A stretch of 56,559 bases of DNA from contig JAZOQA010000057.1 in NCBI GenBank assembly GCA_045655765.1, positions 1 through 56,559 on the forward strand. Reading direction: 5' to 3'. This document shows, one piece after another, positions 28,862 to 38,727 of the stretch. Source of the stretch: Eubacteriales bacterium. Its GTDB lineage: Bacteria > Bacillota > Clostridia > Oscillospirales > CAG-272. Each line of letters opens with the position of its first letter. The first letter of the stretch is position 1. The notes under the pieces are model-generated. The model was not told where the DNA came from and made no database searches. It saw only the letters and a program-made list of their open reading frames with translations. A program made the position numbers and the translations under genes.

Positions 28862-28898
28862 AATGTAATTTTATACTAATTTTGAATGTAATTTTATA
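28862..28898. repeat. 14-nt direct repeat AATGTAATTTTATA x2 (23-bp period) upstream of the XRE gene
   Basis: Exact copies at 28862-28875 and 28885-28898, in the XRE promoter region. Confidence 0.6.
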
Positions 28899-28934
28899 AA
28901 AGCTTTGAACGAAAATGATAAAAGAAACCCCAAC

Positions 28935-29432
28935 TTAAAGCTCTCCGTGGGAGAAAAGCATCTCTCCCTCCTCGGATATTGCGAGCACACCGAAGCTTGG
29001 CGAGGCACCGTATGAATACTCCAAGGAACCGGGGTTAAAGAGCCAAAAATCACCGTCATTATAATACTCCTCGCACCTTGTGTGAGTATGTCCGAAAAGG
29101 ACGGCATCAGCCCCCTCTTCTTTTGCAAGCGTACAAAGTCCCTCCTTGCCGTATTTTACGCCGTAAAGGTCTCCGTGTGTGAAGACGATTTTACGTCCGC
29201 AAAGCCTGACTGAATCAAGCTTTTTACATAATATATTTCCAAGATACGGATAGCTGTCACAGTTACCTCTTACGGCATACCACATAACGTCTTTTTCAGA
29301 AAGGATGCTCTCGTCTATATTGCCAAGCCCGTCACCAAGGAAGAATACAACCTCAGCATCCTTTACTCTTCCAAGGGCTTTTTTCACGTTTTCAGCAGAG
29401 GAGTGAGAATCCGAGAGAATAAGACAAACCAT
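28935..29432 (-). CDS. YfcE/MJ0936-family metallophosphoesterase
   Basis: LSDSH, GDGLG, RGNCD, FGHTH and NPGS motifs. Confidence 0.85.
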   Translation of the reverse strand: MVCLILSDSHSSAENVKKALGRVKDAEVVFFLGDGLGNIDESILSEKDVMWYAVRGNCDSYPYLGNILCKKLDSVRLCGRKIVFTHGDLYGVKYGKEGLCTLAKEEGADAVLFGHTHTRCEEYYNDGDFWLFNPGSLEYSYGASPSFGVLAISEEGEMLFSHGEL

Positions 29433-29556
29433 TTAAAAGTCTCCTTTTTGCATAATTTAGATTATTTTTTGTGGAATTCACCTTTTTCTGTGCTTTTCAT
29501 ATACTGAAAGCAGTTACAAGGCTGCAAGCAAAGCGGCAGAAAGGCGGAAAGCATAA

Positions 29557-29781
29557 ATGAAAATCAACAAGGAAAAATTACAAAAGCTGCTCGAAAAAAG
29601 TGACGAGGAGCTTTGGCGAGAGGTCGTTTTGGTAGCAAAGGAAAAGGGGCTTGCTCTGCCGCAAAATCCTCCTCCAAAATCGGAGATGGATAAAATGAGA
29701 GCGGCTGTGGCACACGGCTCAAGCTTCAGGCTCGCAGAGGCTGTACGCATAATTGACAGATATAGAAAGGAGTCTAAATAA
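29557..29781 (+). CDS. hypothetical small protein (74 aa)
   Basis: ORF with a weak RBS. First gene of a tight three-gene array. No recognisable domain. Confidence 0.5.
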   Translation: MKINKEKLQKLLEKSDEELWREVVLVAKEKGLALPQNPPPKSEMDKMRAAVAHGSSFRLAEAVRIIDRYRKESK

Positions 29782-29782
29782 T

Positions 29783-30097
29783 ATGAGTGATGAAAAGACA
29801 GAAATGCCCGAGCTTTCAAAAATCGTTGGGCTGATAATGGAAAATCCCGAGCTGGTAGAGCAAATTTCACGGCTTGGTAAAACGGATACTCCGACACCTA
29901 AGAAGGAAGAGTCAACCGTAAGTGCAGAGGCTCCGACCGAAGCGGAGCCGGCAAGTGTAAGAATTTCGTCAAAGAGTGAGAAAAGAAGCCAACTTCTTCA
30001 CGCTCTGAAGCCCTACCTTTCCGATTCGAGGGCAAAGGCCGTTGACACTATGCTGACCTTTGGTGAAATCTTTGATATGATGAAGCTCGGAAAGTAA
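29783..30097 (+). CDS. hypothetical small protein (104 aa) with an acidic/Pro-rich linker and a conserved-looking C-terminus (LLHALKPYLSDSRAKAVD)
   Basis: ATG 29783 lies 8 nt after AAAGGAG, so the ORF-track start at 29753 is rejected. Confidence 0.55.
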   Translation: MSDEKTEMPELSKIVGLIMENPELVEQISRLGKTDTPTPKKEESTVSAEAPTEAEPASVRISSKSEKRSQLLHALKPYLSDSRAKAVDTMLTFGEIFDMMKLGK

Positions 30098-30108
30098 GAG
30101 GGTTAGAT

Positions 30109-30489
30109 ATGTATTCAAGAAGCTATTTTAAGGACACACAAGCACCAAGCCCACCTGAAAATTATTCGGGTGTTGCACTGACCGACGAGGCTGAGGTCTT
30201 TGAGGAGCGTGCAAGCAGCAACCCTTGGGAAAACGAGAGTGTTTCTGCCCAGACGCCTCCAAAGGAGGAGCAGGAGGAGGAAAGCGTCGGAGTGTTCGGG
30301 CAGCTGTTTGGAAAAAGCGGCTCGCCGTTTACTTCACTCTCCCGTCTGTTTGGTAGCGGTGAAAAGGGTATTTTTCACAATATAGGAGCAGAAGAAATTC
30401 TTATAATTGCGGTTGCTGCATTTTTACTGCTCTCAAAGGAGGGCGACAACATTTGTGCAATAATGCTCCTTTGCCTTCTTATATTCTAA
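30109..30489 (+). CDS. hypothetical protein (126 aa) with a C-terminal TM anchor
   Basis: N-terminal PPENYSGVAL, an acidic middle and a hydrophobic tail (ILIIAVAAFLLL...AIMLLCLLIF). Confidence 0.5.
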   Translation: MYSRSYFKDTQAPSPPENYSGVALTDEAEVFEERASSNPWENESVSAQTPPKEEQEEESVGVFGQLFGKSGSPFTSLSRLFGSGEKGIFHNIGAEEILIIAVAAFLLLSKEGDNICAIMLLCLLIF

Positions 30490-30648
30490 CACACACCATA
30501 TTGTTTTTTACAAATACATCAACGGGTACCTATCTCTTTTAGGTTCAATTATATTTTATCACATAAAAACAGGTTTATCATCATCGAACAGACCGGTCAA
30601 GCTTGGACATTTTTTCAATTTATTGTCAAGCTTCACAAAATGATATTA

Positions 30649-30697
30649 AAAGCCAAGGGCATTCAACACGTTTTTCCCTTGGCTTTTAGTTTTTTTC
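30649..30697. terminator. intrinsic terminator after the small-protein array (convergent with polC)
   Basis: 11-bp stem aaagccaaggg / cccttggcttt, followed by TAGTTTTTTT. Confidence 0.65.
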
Positions 30698-30775
30698 ACA
30701 GCATTTTCACAATTTATTGATGCTGTGACGCAGTCCTTTGGTGTTTTGAAGCTTTTTTGTTTGCTCCTTATACAA

Positions 30776-33700
30776 TCAAAAGAACGTAATTTGATTTGTT
30801 TCGCTAAGTCCGTCGAGGACTCCGTTATTGCGGAGAATCTCTATAACAGCCTTGGAAATTCCCGTTCTTCGTCTTAACTCATCAATAGAGTCTATATCGA
30901 ACGCCTCTCTTGCCTCAACTATCTTCTCTGCGGCGGTTTCGCCAAGTCCCGGAAGAGAGTTCAGGGGCATTCTTATTCTGCCGTTTTCAGGAAGGAACGC
31001 CTTTGCGGCTGAGAGCTTAAGGTTGACTCCGAGGAAGCCTACGCCTCGTGCAAGTGCCTCACGGACGAGGTAGAGGGTCTGGCAGGTTTCGTTTTCCTTT
31101 GCCGTGGCTTCGTTGCCCTTTGCCTCTATTTCGGTTATTGCGGCATTTACACCGGGCAAGCCCTTTGCAACGATTTCACCGTCAAAGCCTCCCGGTGCAA
31201 CGGTAAGAAATGCGGCGTAAAATTCCATAGGATAATAAATCTTATACCAAGCAAGACGTATTGCCGACATAACGTATGCGGCGGCGTGTGCCTTCGGGAA
31301 CATATATTTGATTTTTTTGCACGACCAGATATACCATTCGGGAACTCCGTGGGCGGTCATCTCCGCCTCCCACTCGGGGGTCAGTCCCTTTCCCTTTCTG
31401 ACGCTCTCCATTATCTTAAATGACATAGAGTTGTCAAGCCCCTTTTGAATGAGGTAAAGCATAATTCCGTCACGTGTTCCAACCACCTCGGAAATCGTAC
31501 AGGTGCCTTGCTTTATAAGCTCTTGGGCGTTGCCGAGCCATACGTCCGTGCCGTGCGTAAGACCCGAGATCTGAAGCAGGTCGGCAAAGTTCTTGGGCTT
31601 TGCTTCAAGAAGAACCTGTTGGAGGAATCTTGTGCCAAACTCCGGAATTCCGAACGTTGCAAGCTGTGAGCCGCCGATTTGGTCGGGCGTTATGCCAAGC
31701 GGCTTTGTTGAGGCAAAAAGCTCGTAAATCGTCTTGTCGTTCATTTTAACGTCAAGAACGGAGGTGTTCGTATATCTTTCAAGCACCTTGTATTTGGTGG
31801 GAATATCGTGTCCAAGCTCATCAAGCTTCAGTATAGTGTCGTGAAGATACGAGAACTGGAAGTGCGTGGTAACCGTGTCGGCATTCGGGTCGTCTGCGGG
31901 GTGCTGAATCGGTGTGAAATCGTAAATATCGTATTCGTTTGGAACGACTATAATTCCACCGGGATGCTGACCCGTGGTTTTTTTAATGCCCATAATGCGG
32001 GTGACCATATATGCGATTTGTGCCTTGGGAATCTTTATTTTACGCTCCTCAAGGTACTTGTTTATGTATCCCCACGCCGTCTTGTCGGCAAGTCCCGAAA
32101 TAGTCCCTGCACGGAAGACGTGCCCCTGACCGAACAGCTCCTCGGTATATTTATGAACTCTTCCCTGAACGTCACCCGAGAAGTTCAGGTCTATATCGGG
32201 CGACTTGTCTCCGTAGAAGCCGAGGAACGTTTCAAACGGAATGTCGTGTCCGTCCTGATAAAGATCCTCACCGCAGACGGGACATTTCTTGTCGGGCAAA
32301 TCAAAGCCCGAGCCGACGGAGCCGTCCGTAAAGAACTCGGAATATCTGCACTTTAAGCAGCGGTAATGCGGCGGCAGAGGGTTAACCTCGGATATGCCCG
32401 ACATCGTTGCGACAAACGACGATCCAACCGAGCCTCTTGAGCCGACCTGATAGCCAAGGCTCTCTGAGTATGCAACAAGCTTTACTGCTATCATATAAAG
32501 CACGGCAAAGCCGTTTTTGATAATTGAGGTAAGCTCCTTTTCAAGACGCTTTTCCACCACCTCGGGCAGCTTGTCACCGTACCATTCGTGCGCCCTTTGC
32601 CAGCACGAGCTTTCAAGCTCCTCCTTTGCACCGGGGAGGTCAGGCTCGTATCTGCCCTCGGGTATGGGACGGATTTTTTCGCACATATCGGCGATTTTAT
32701 TCGGGTTCTTTATAACAACCTCAAAGCACGCATCTTCGCCAAGATATGCGAATTCACGAAGCATCTCTTCGGTGTTTCTTAAGTAAATCGGAGTAGGCTT
32801 GTCCGCATCGGCAAACTTCATACCTGCAAGCAGAATACGCCTGTAAATCTCGTCATCTTCATTTTTGAAGTGAGCGTCACAGGTTGCACAAACGGGCTTG
32901 CCGAGCTTTTTGCCAAGCTCGTAGATTTTTCTGTTGTTCTCACGGAGCACGTCCTCGTTTGCAACAGTACCGTCGGCTATAAGGAAACGGTTGTTGTCAA
33001 TGGGCTGAATTTCAAGATAATCGTAAAACGATGCGATTTCCTCAATTTCCTGGGTGGATCTGCCCTCAAGAATAGCCTTGTAAAGCTCGCCCGCTTCGCA
33101 AGCAGAGCCGATTATAAGTCCTTCTCTGTGCTCTTCTATTACGGATTTTGGCATTCTTGGAACCTTTTTCTGTCTTCCGTATCCACCGTAATAATTTAAA
33201 TAGCTATATGAAATAAGCTTGTAGAGATTTTTCAGACCGACGAGATTCTTTGCAAATATGATCATATGGTGACACGGAAGCTTCAAGGGGTCGGACTTCT
33301 CGCTCATTGCATCAAGCATTCGTTCAAACGTATCAATGCCGTCAGCCCTCATTCTTTCAACCATCACGGAGAAAATCTTGGAGAGCACCTCTGCATCGTC
33401 AGAGGCTCTGTGGTGATGGAAATCGTCAAGATCGTAGTATTTTGCTATCGTATCCAGCTTGTGATTTTTAAGGTCGGGGTTGACAAATTTTGAAAGACCT
33501 ACAGTGTCAAGATAGGTGTTTGAAAAATCAAAGCCCTGTCTTTCGCAGGCAATTCTTATAAATCCGACGTCGAATGCGGCGTTATGTGCTATGAGCATCG
33601 AATCGCCTATGAAATTTAAAAACTCTTCGACAGCCTCCCTCTCCTTAGGAGCACCCTTAACCATATCGTCGGTAATAGAGGTCAGCCTTGTAATCTCCTC

Positions 33701-35212
33701 TGGGATAGGGCATTCGGGGTCAACGAAAATGTCCATACGGTCGATAACCTTACCGCCCTTTACCTTTACTGCACCGATTTCTATAATTTTGCAGGTTCTG
33801 TTCGAAAGACCTGTGGTTTCTATATCGAATACCACCATCTCGTCGTCAAACTTGGGGTGGCTTGTACCGAATACGCATCTTGCAGTATCGTTTACAAAAT
33901 AGCACTCTATTCCATAGAGAATTTTGAGGTCCTTGTTGCCCGACTTTTCAAGTGCGAGCATAACCTCGGGGAATGCCTGCACGTTACCGTGGTCGGTTAC
34001 GGCTATTGCCTTGTGACCCCATCTGATTGCCGTATTTACTATTTCGGCGGGCGTGATAATGGCGTCCATTTGCGACATATTTGAGTGCAAGTGAAGCTCC
34101 ACACGCTTTTGTTCAGCATTGTCCTCACGCTCGGAGGCTTTTATTTTCTTCACTCCTCTTGGGCTTATGAACGGCTCGTTGTCGAACTTATCTCTGCCCA
34201 CCTTGCCGAAAACCGCCAAATGCGTGCCGGGCTTTAGCTTTTCGACCCATTCCTTTTCCTCGGGGAGAAGCACCTTTTTTATATAAGCCGCACACGCACC
34301 GTCGGATATACCGATTTTGCAGTTGAATTTGTCACCGGCTCGGGTTTCCTTGATTTCCGCAGCACCGAATACGGTGCCGAGGAATACGGTGTTTGCCCTG
34401 ACACGCTCAAGCTCCGAGAGAGGTGTCGGCTCTATTACGTCAAAATCCTCGCCAAAGATGATTGTAGGCTCGGAGTAATCGTAAACTGTTGCTCCCATAC
34501 GGCACTTGGTGTCGTTTATAATTTCATTCGTGCCTGCGAGCGAGGATATGCCAACCTTGGCTTCAAAATCATAGTGCGGGTCGGCAGCACGCGCCTCTTC
34601 TTCACGCTTTTGTCTGGCTTCCTCTCTTTGACGGAAAAGCTGCTCCTTGCTTTCAAGCTCTGCCTCTCGCAGCTGCTTGTCCCTATATTCCTCTACCTCA
34701 CGCTTACGCTCCTCGGCACCCGTGCCTTCTGTGATTTTTATTTCTCTTTTTACACCGTAGCGGTTAAAGAGAATTCTTGAAAGTATATCCTCCGTACCGC
34801 TACGCTTTACGAATGCGGCGCCGTACTCGTCATAAGGAATGGCAATTCTGATACACTCACCGTCGTCGGAATATTCAGCTCCCACGAAAAAGCCGTTGGT
34901 CACAGCACCGCAAAGAGATGCCTCAAGTGCAATTTCACCAAAGCAATCTACGGAGAACTCTGAGGGCGGGAAATGGGGGAAAATTTTAAAGGATTCCGCA
35001 CTGTAAAGCGTGCGGCAATCGTCCTCTATTTCGTAAATAAGCTCTGCGTCCTCTCGTCTTTCAAAATTCAATTCGACCTCTACTCTCATAGGGGCTTTGG
35101 AATATCTGAATTTTGCACCGTAGGCACGGTTCAGCAAATCACGCTTTCGCTCATCGGGAGAATATCTTTTAAAGACGTCTAAAAACTTTTTTTCCTGATT
35201 TTGGCTTTCCAT
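30776..35212 (-). CDS. polC: DNA polymerase III alpha subunit, PolC type
   Basis: 1478 aa. PHP domain (VELHLHSNMSQMDA), inserted 3'-5' exonuclease (VVFDIETTGLS ... HRASDDA), and a polymerase core. Confidence 0.95.
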   Translation of the reverse strand: MESQNQEKKFLDVFKRYSPDERKRDLLNRAYGAKFRYSKAPMRVEVELNFERREDAELIYEIEDDCRTLYSAESFKIFPHFPPSEFSVDCFGEIALEASLCGAVTNGFFVGAEYSDDGECIRIAIPYDEYGAAFVKRSGTEDILSRILFNRYGVKREIKITEGTGAEERKREVEEYRDKQLREAELESKEQLFRQREEARQKREEEARAADPHYDFEAKVGISSLAGTNEIINDTKCRMGATVYDYSEPTIIFGEDFDVIEPTPLSELERVRANTVFLGTVFGAAEIKETRAGDKFNCKIGISDGACAAYIKKVLLPEEKEWVEKLKPGTHLAVFGKVGRDKFDNEPFISPRGVKKIKASEREDNAEQKRVELHLHSNMSQMDAIITPAEIVNTAIRWGHKAIAVTDHGNVQAFPEVMLALEKSGNKDLKILYGIECYFVNDTARCVFGTSHPKFDDEMVVFDIETTGLSNRTCKIIEIGAVKVKGGKVIDRMDIFVDPECPIPEEITRLTSITDDMVKGAPKEREAVEEFLNFIGDSMLIAHNAAFDVGFIRIACERQGFDFSNTYLDTVGLSKFVNPDLKNHKLDTIAKYYDLDDFHHHRASDDAEVLSKIFSVMVERMRADGIDTFERMLDAMSEKSDPLKLPCHHMIIFAKNLVGLKNLYKLISYSYLNYYGGYGRQKKVPRMPKSVIEEHREGLIIGSACEAGELYKAILEGRSTQEIEEIASFYDYLEIQPIDNNRFLIADGTVANEDVLRENNRKIYELGKKLGKPVCATCDAHFKNEDDEIYRRILLAGMKFADADKPTPIYLRNTEEMLREFAYLGEDACFEVVIKNPNKIADMCEKIRPIPEGRYEPDLPGAKEELESSCWQRAHEWYGDKLPEVVEKRLEKELTSIIKNGFAVLYMIAVKLVAYSESLGYQVGSRGSVGSSFVATMSGISEVNPLPPHYRCLKCRYSEFFTDGSVGSGFDLPDKKCPVCGEDLYQDGHDIPFETFLGFYGDKSPDIDLNFSGDVQGRVHKYTEELFGQGHVFRAGTISGLADKTAWGYINKYLEERKIKIPKAQIAYMVTRIMGIKKTTGQHPGGIIVVPNEYDIYDFTPIQHPADDPNADTVTTHFQFSYLHDTILKLDELGHDIPTKYKVLERYTNTSVLDVKMNDKTIYELFASTKPLGITPDQIGGSQLATFGIPEFGTRFLQQVLLEAKPKNFADLLQISGLTHGTDVWLGNAQELIKQGTCTISEVVGTRDGIMLYLIQKGLDNSMSFKIMESVRKGKGLTPEWEAEMTAHGVPEWYIWSCKKIKYMFPKAHAAAYVMSAIRLAWYKIYYPMEFYAAFLTVAPGGFDGEIVAKGLPGVNAAITEIEAKGNEATAKENETCQTLYLVREALARGVGFLGVNLKLSAAKAFLPENGRIRMPLNSLPGLGETAAEKIVEAREAFDIDSIDELRRRTGISKAVIEILRNNGVLDGLSETNQITFF

Positions 35213-36297
35213 TATTTCTCCGACTTCATTTTCTTAATTTCTGTAATAAGGGTATCGATGAGGCTTTCCTCGGGAATTTTGCATACGGTTTGTCCTTTTT
35301 TGAAAAGAAGACCCTCGCCAATGCCGCCCGCTATACCTATATCTGCCTCTCTTGCCTCTCCCGGACCGTTTACGATGCATCCCATAAGTGCGACCTTAAT
35401 ATCAAGAGTGTCTATCCCCTCCGCTCTTGCTCTTTCCTCAAATTCTGCAAGCAGACGTATTAAATCAATTTTTGTACGTCCGCAGGTGGGGCAGCTTACT
35501 ATTCTCATTCCGGGGTTTTCAAGAAGACCGAGGGACTTTAAAATTTCCCTTGCGGCACCTATTTCCTTTGTTGGGTCGTCGGTGAGGGAGACACGAACGG
35601 TGTCGCCTATTCCCTCGGCAAGGAGCGTGCCTATGCCGACGGCACTTTTCACAAGTGCACTGTCCCTTGCCCCCGCCTCTGTAACACCAAGGTGTATTGG
35701 ATAAGAGGTCTTTTCTGCCAAGAGCCTGTTCGCTTTAATCATCGTTACCGTATCCGACGCCTTTACGGACACTGCGATATCGTGAAAATCAAGCTCCTCG
35801 AGCATTGCCGTGTGATAAAGTGCACTTTCTACAAGTGCCTCTGCACTCGGCATACCGTAATGCTCGAGAATGCTCTTTTCAAGCGAGCCTGAATTAACTC
35901 CTACACGAATAGGCACTCCGTGCTCACGGCACACCTCGGCTACGGCAGAAACTCGCTCACGGGAGCCGATATTCCCGGGGTTTATGCGTATTTTGTCCGC
36001 TCCTGCAAGCACCGAGGCAATAGCCGCATCGTGGCTGAAATGTATATCGGCAACGAGCGGAATTTTGATTCCTCTTTTTTTAAGCTCCTTAAAAATCGGT
36101 GCGGCATCGGCACTTGGCACGGTTATTCTTACTATATCACATCCCGCATCCTCAAGCATACGGGTCTGCAAATAGGTCGCCTCAACGTCGTAGGTGTCGG
36201 TGTTGGTCATCGACTGCACAGGTATTTTTGCTCCGCCGCCGATTTTCACACCGCCGACGTTGATTATATTTGAAATACGTCTTTTTACTGTATCCAT
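35212..36297 (-). CDS. ispG: 4-hydroxy-3-methylbut-2-en-1-yl diphosphate synthase
   Basis: GcpE motifs CPTCGRT and MGCIVNGPGE. Its stop overlaps the polC start (TAATG). Confidence 0.93.
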   Translation of the reverse strand: MDTVKRRISNIINVGGVKIGGGAKIPVQSMTNTDTYDVEATYLQTRMLEDAGCDIVRITVPSADAAPIFKELKKRGIKIPLVADIHFSHDAAIASVLAGADKIRINPGNIGSRERVSAVAEVCREHGVPIRVGVNSGSLEKSILEHYGMPSAEALVESALYHTAMLEELDFHDIAVSVKASDTVTMIKANRLLAEKTSYPIHLGVTEAGARDSALVKSAVGIGTLLAEGIGDTVRVSLTDDPTKEIGAAREILKSLGLLENPGMRIVSCPTCGRTKIDLIRLLAEFEERARAEGIDTLDIKVALMGCIVNGPGEAREADIGIAGGIGEGLLFKKGQTVCKIPEESLIDTLITEIKKMKSEK

Positions 36298-36337
36298 TTC
36301 AGTCTCCGTTTTTTAGAAAACGCAAGCGTCCTCTGTG

Positions 36338-37423
36338 TCAAATAATCAGTTGAATTACGTCCTTTACGAGAATTATAGCGGAAAGTCCGAGCAGAAAAGC
36401 AAGACCGACAAAGTTGATGATACTCTCGATTCTCGGAGGAATACGCTTTCTTGTAATCATCTCCGCCGTAACGGTTATAAGTCTTCCGCCGTCAAGTGCG
36501 GGGAACGGTATCAGATTCATAATTCCCAAATTTATGCTTATCAGGGCGACAAGCTCAAGCAAGTTCTTGCCGGGTGCCTCGGACTGTGCCGCCTCACCAA
36601 GTGCTTCGGAGATGCCGACAGGACCTGAAACCGCCGCAAAGCTGTATCTGCCCGATATAAGATCGATTATGGATTCCCAGCACATTCTTACGGTAAGCAG
36701 CGAGCGGCTCCACGTGTAATTCATCATACTGCCAAGGGTCTTTTCTTCCCTAAAGACGAAGAAATTCGGAACTCCGAGCTTTTGACCCGATGCGGTAACT
36801 GTGGGGAAGCTTACGTCCTTTAAAAGTGCCTCTTTGCCCTCTCTTAAAACAACAACGTCAACAGGCTCGACACCACGACGCATAATTTCATAGGAAAGCT
36901 CCTCTGCTGTATCCACTCTTTTCCCATCTATGGAAATTATCTCATCTCCAAGCTTTAATCCCGTTTCGGACGTAGTTATGTCAAGAGGCTTGCCGTTAGA
37001 GTCGCAAAACTGTGCTATCCTCGTGCCGCCGATATTTATAAAAAACGAAAGTATCATTACGGCAATGAAGCCCGCAAGCACGTTTACTGCCGCACCTGCC
37101 GCAGTAATGATGAATCTCTGCCACGCAGGCTTCTTGTCAAAGGTGTTGGGGTCGCTTTGCCACCGCTCGTATTCCTCTGTTCCCTCCTCTGCGACACTCT
37201 CGCCCGCCATAGCAACGAAGCCGCCGATAGGCAGGGCGGCTATGCTGTATTTTATTCCCGTCTTCTTTGACGTGTGGGAAAAGATACGGGGCCCCATTCC
37301 TATGGAAAATTCATCTATTGTAACCTTGAAAATTCTTGCAAAAATATAATGTCCGAACTCGTGAATGAAAATGAGAAAGCCGAACACCAAAATTGCCGTT
37401 ATTACGGTAACAAAAATATTCAA
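36338..37423 (-). CDS. rseP: RIP zinc metalloprotease (site-2 protease, M50)
   Basis: HEFGHY zinc motif in TM1, a central PDZ region, and the NLIPFPALDGG motif. Confidence 0.9.
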   Translation of the reverse strand: MNIFVTVITAILVFGFLIFIHEFGHYIFARIFKVTIDEFSIGMGPRIFSHTSKKTGIKYSIAALPIGGFVAMAGESVAEEGTEEYERWQSDPNTFDKKPAWQRFIITAAGAAVNVLAGFIAVMILSFFINIGGTRIAQFCDSNGKPLDITTSETGLKLGDEIISIDGKRVDTAEELSYEIMRRGVEPVDVVVLREGKEALLKDVSFPTVTASGQKLGVPNFFVFREEKTLGSMMNYTWSRSLLTVRMCWESIIDLISGRYSFAAVSGPVGISEALGEAAQSEAPGKNLLELVALISINLGIMNLIPFPALDGGRLITVTAEMITRKRIPPRIESIINFVGLAFLLGLSAIILVKDVIQLII

Positions 37424-37424
37424 A

Positions 37425-38579
37425 TCAAATTTCTCCTATAATTTTTTCAGCAAGGCGTCGAGCCTCACGGTCAAAAGCGATAATTTCCTCAAGCGTCACA
37501 GCCTCCGACATCTTCTCCATTCCCTCAAAGGTGCGTATTACCGCCTCGGATATACCCTCAAAGGAAAGGCTGCCGTCAAGAAACGCACCGACGGCAATCT
37601 CGTCTGCGGCATTTACAACCGCAGGAGCTGCACCGCCTACGCTCATCGCACGCTTTGCAAGCGAAAGAAGCGGGAACGCCTCGGTGTCGGGGGGTGCAAA
37701 CGTGAGCTTTCCTACCGAGAAGAGGTCAAGAGGCTCTGCCACCGAGGGCATCCTGTCGGGATAATCCACGGCATATTGCACGCACATACGCATATCGGGA
37801 ACGGAAAATTCTCCGATCACGGTGTTATCAATATATTCAACAGCCGAGTGGAGTATACTTTCTTTATGCACCGTTACCTGTATTTTTTCGGCATCTACAC
37901 CGAAAAGGTGGGCCGCCTCTATAATCTCAAAGCCCTTGTTCATAAGCGTGGCGCTGTCTACCGTAATTTTCTTGCCCATTTTCCACGTAGGGTGTGCGAG
38001 TGCGTCGGCGAGTGTGACCTCCCGAAGCTGCTCCTTTGTCCTGCCGAAAAAGGGTCCGCCCGAGGCAGTGAGTATTATTTTTTTGATTTCAGATTGCCGT
38101 CCTGCTTTAAGTGACTGAAAAATCGCACTGTGCTCGCTGTCAACAGGGATTATTTCAGCTCCCTTTTCCCTTGCCCGTGACATAACTATATCACCGGCTA
38201 TAACAAGGGATTCCTTGTTTGCAAGAGCAAGCCTCTTGCCCTCGTTTATAACGGCGAGCGTCGGCATAAGCCCCGCCTCGCCTATAATGGAATTTACAAC
38301 GCATTCGGCACCCGAAAGACCTATGCCCTCGGTAATGCCCTCTGCACCGCCAAGCACTCTTACGTCCGTGTCGGCAAGGCGTGCTTTTAAGTCTTTATAT
38401 GCACTCTCGTCCTTTACCGCAACGTACCTTACAGCGAACTCACGTGCGGCTCTCTCTGCAAAAGCTGCATTTTTTCCGACGGTGATATAATCTATGCTGT
38501 ATCCTCTTGTGCGGGCTACGTCAAGAGCCTGAGTGCCGACAGAGCCGCTTGCACCGAGGATTGCTATTTTCTTCTTCAT
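37425..38579 (-). CDS. dxr: 1-deoxy-D-xylulose 5-phosphate reductoisomerase
   Basis: ILGASGSVGTQ, DSEHSAIFQ and HPTWKMG motifs. I prefer ATG 38579 (MKKKIAILG) over 38597. Confidence 0.92.
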   Translation of the reverse strand: MKKKIAILGASGSVGTQALDVARTRGYSIDYITVGKNAAFAERAAREFAVRYVAVKDESAYKDLKARLADTDVRVLGGAEGITEGIGLSGAECVVNSIIGEAGLMPTLAVINEGKRLALANKESLVIAGDIVMSRAREKGAEIIPVDSEHSAIFQSLKAGRQSEIKKIILTASGGPFFGRTKEQLREVTLADALAHPTWKMGKKITVDSATLMNKGFEIIEAAHLFGVDAEKIQVTVHKESILHSAVEYIDNTVIGEFSVPDMRMCVQYAVDYPDRMPSVAEPLDLFSVGKLTFAPPDTEAFPLLSLAKRAMSVGGAAPAVVNAADEIAVGAFLDGSLSFEGISEAVIRTFEGMEKMSEAVTLEEIIAFDREARRLAEKIIGEI

Positions 38580-38727
38580 TTTGTCATTGCCTTTCACTAA
38601 AGGTTTTTGTGACTAAAACCGCCACACCGCTAAAAAAGGGGGCGTGGCGGTTAAAAGGGCTGTGCGAACGGCAACCCGCACACACACACTCTCTCTCTGT
38701 TTGTCCAAGTAAAGCCGTCTTACGTCA

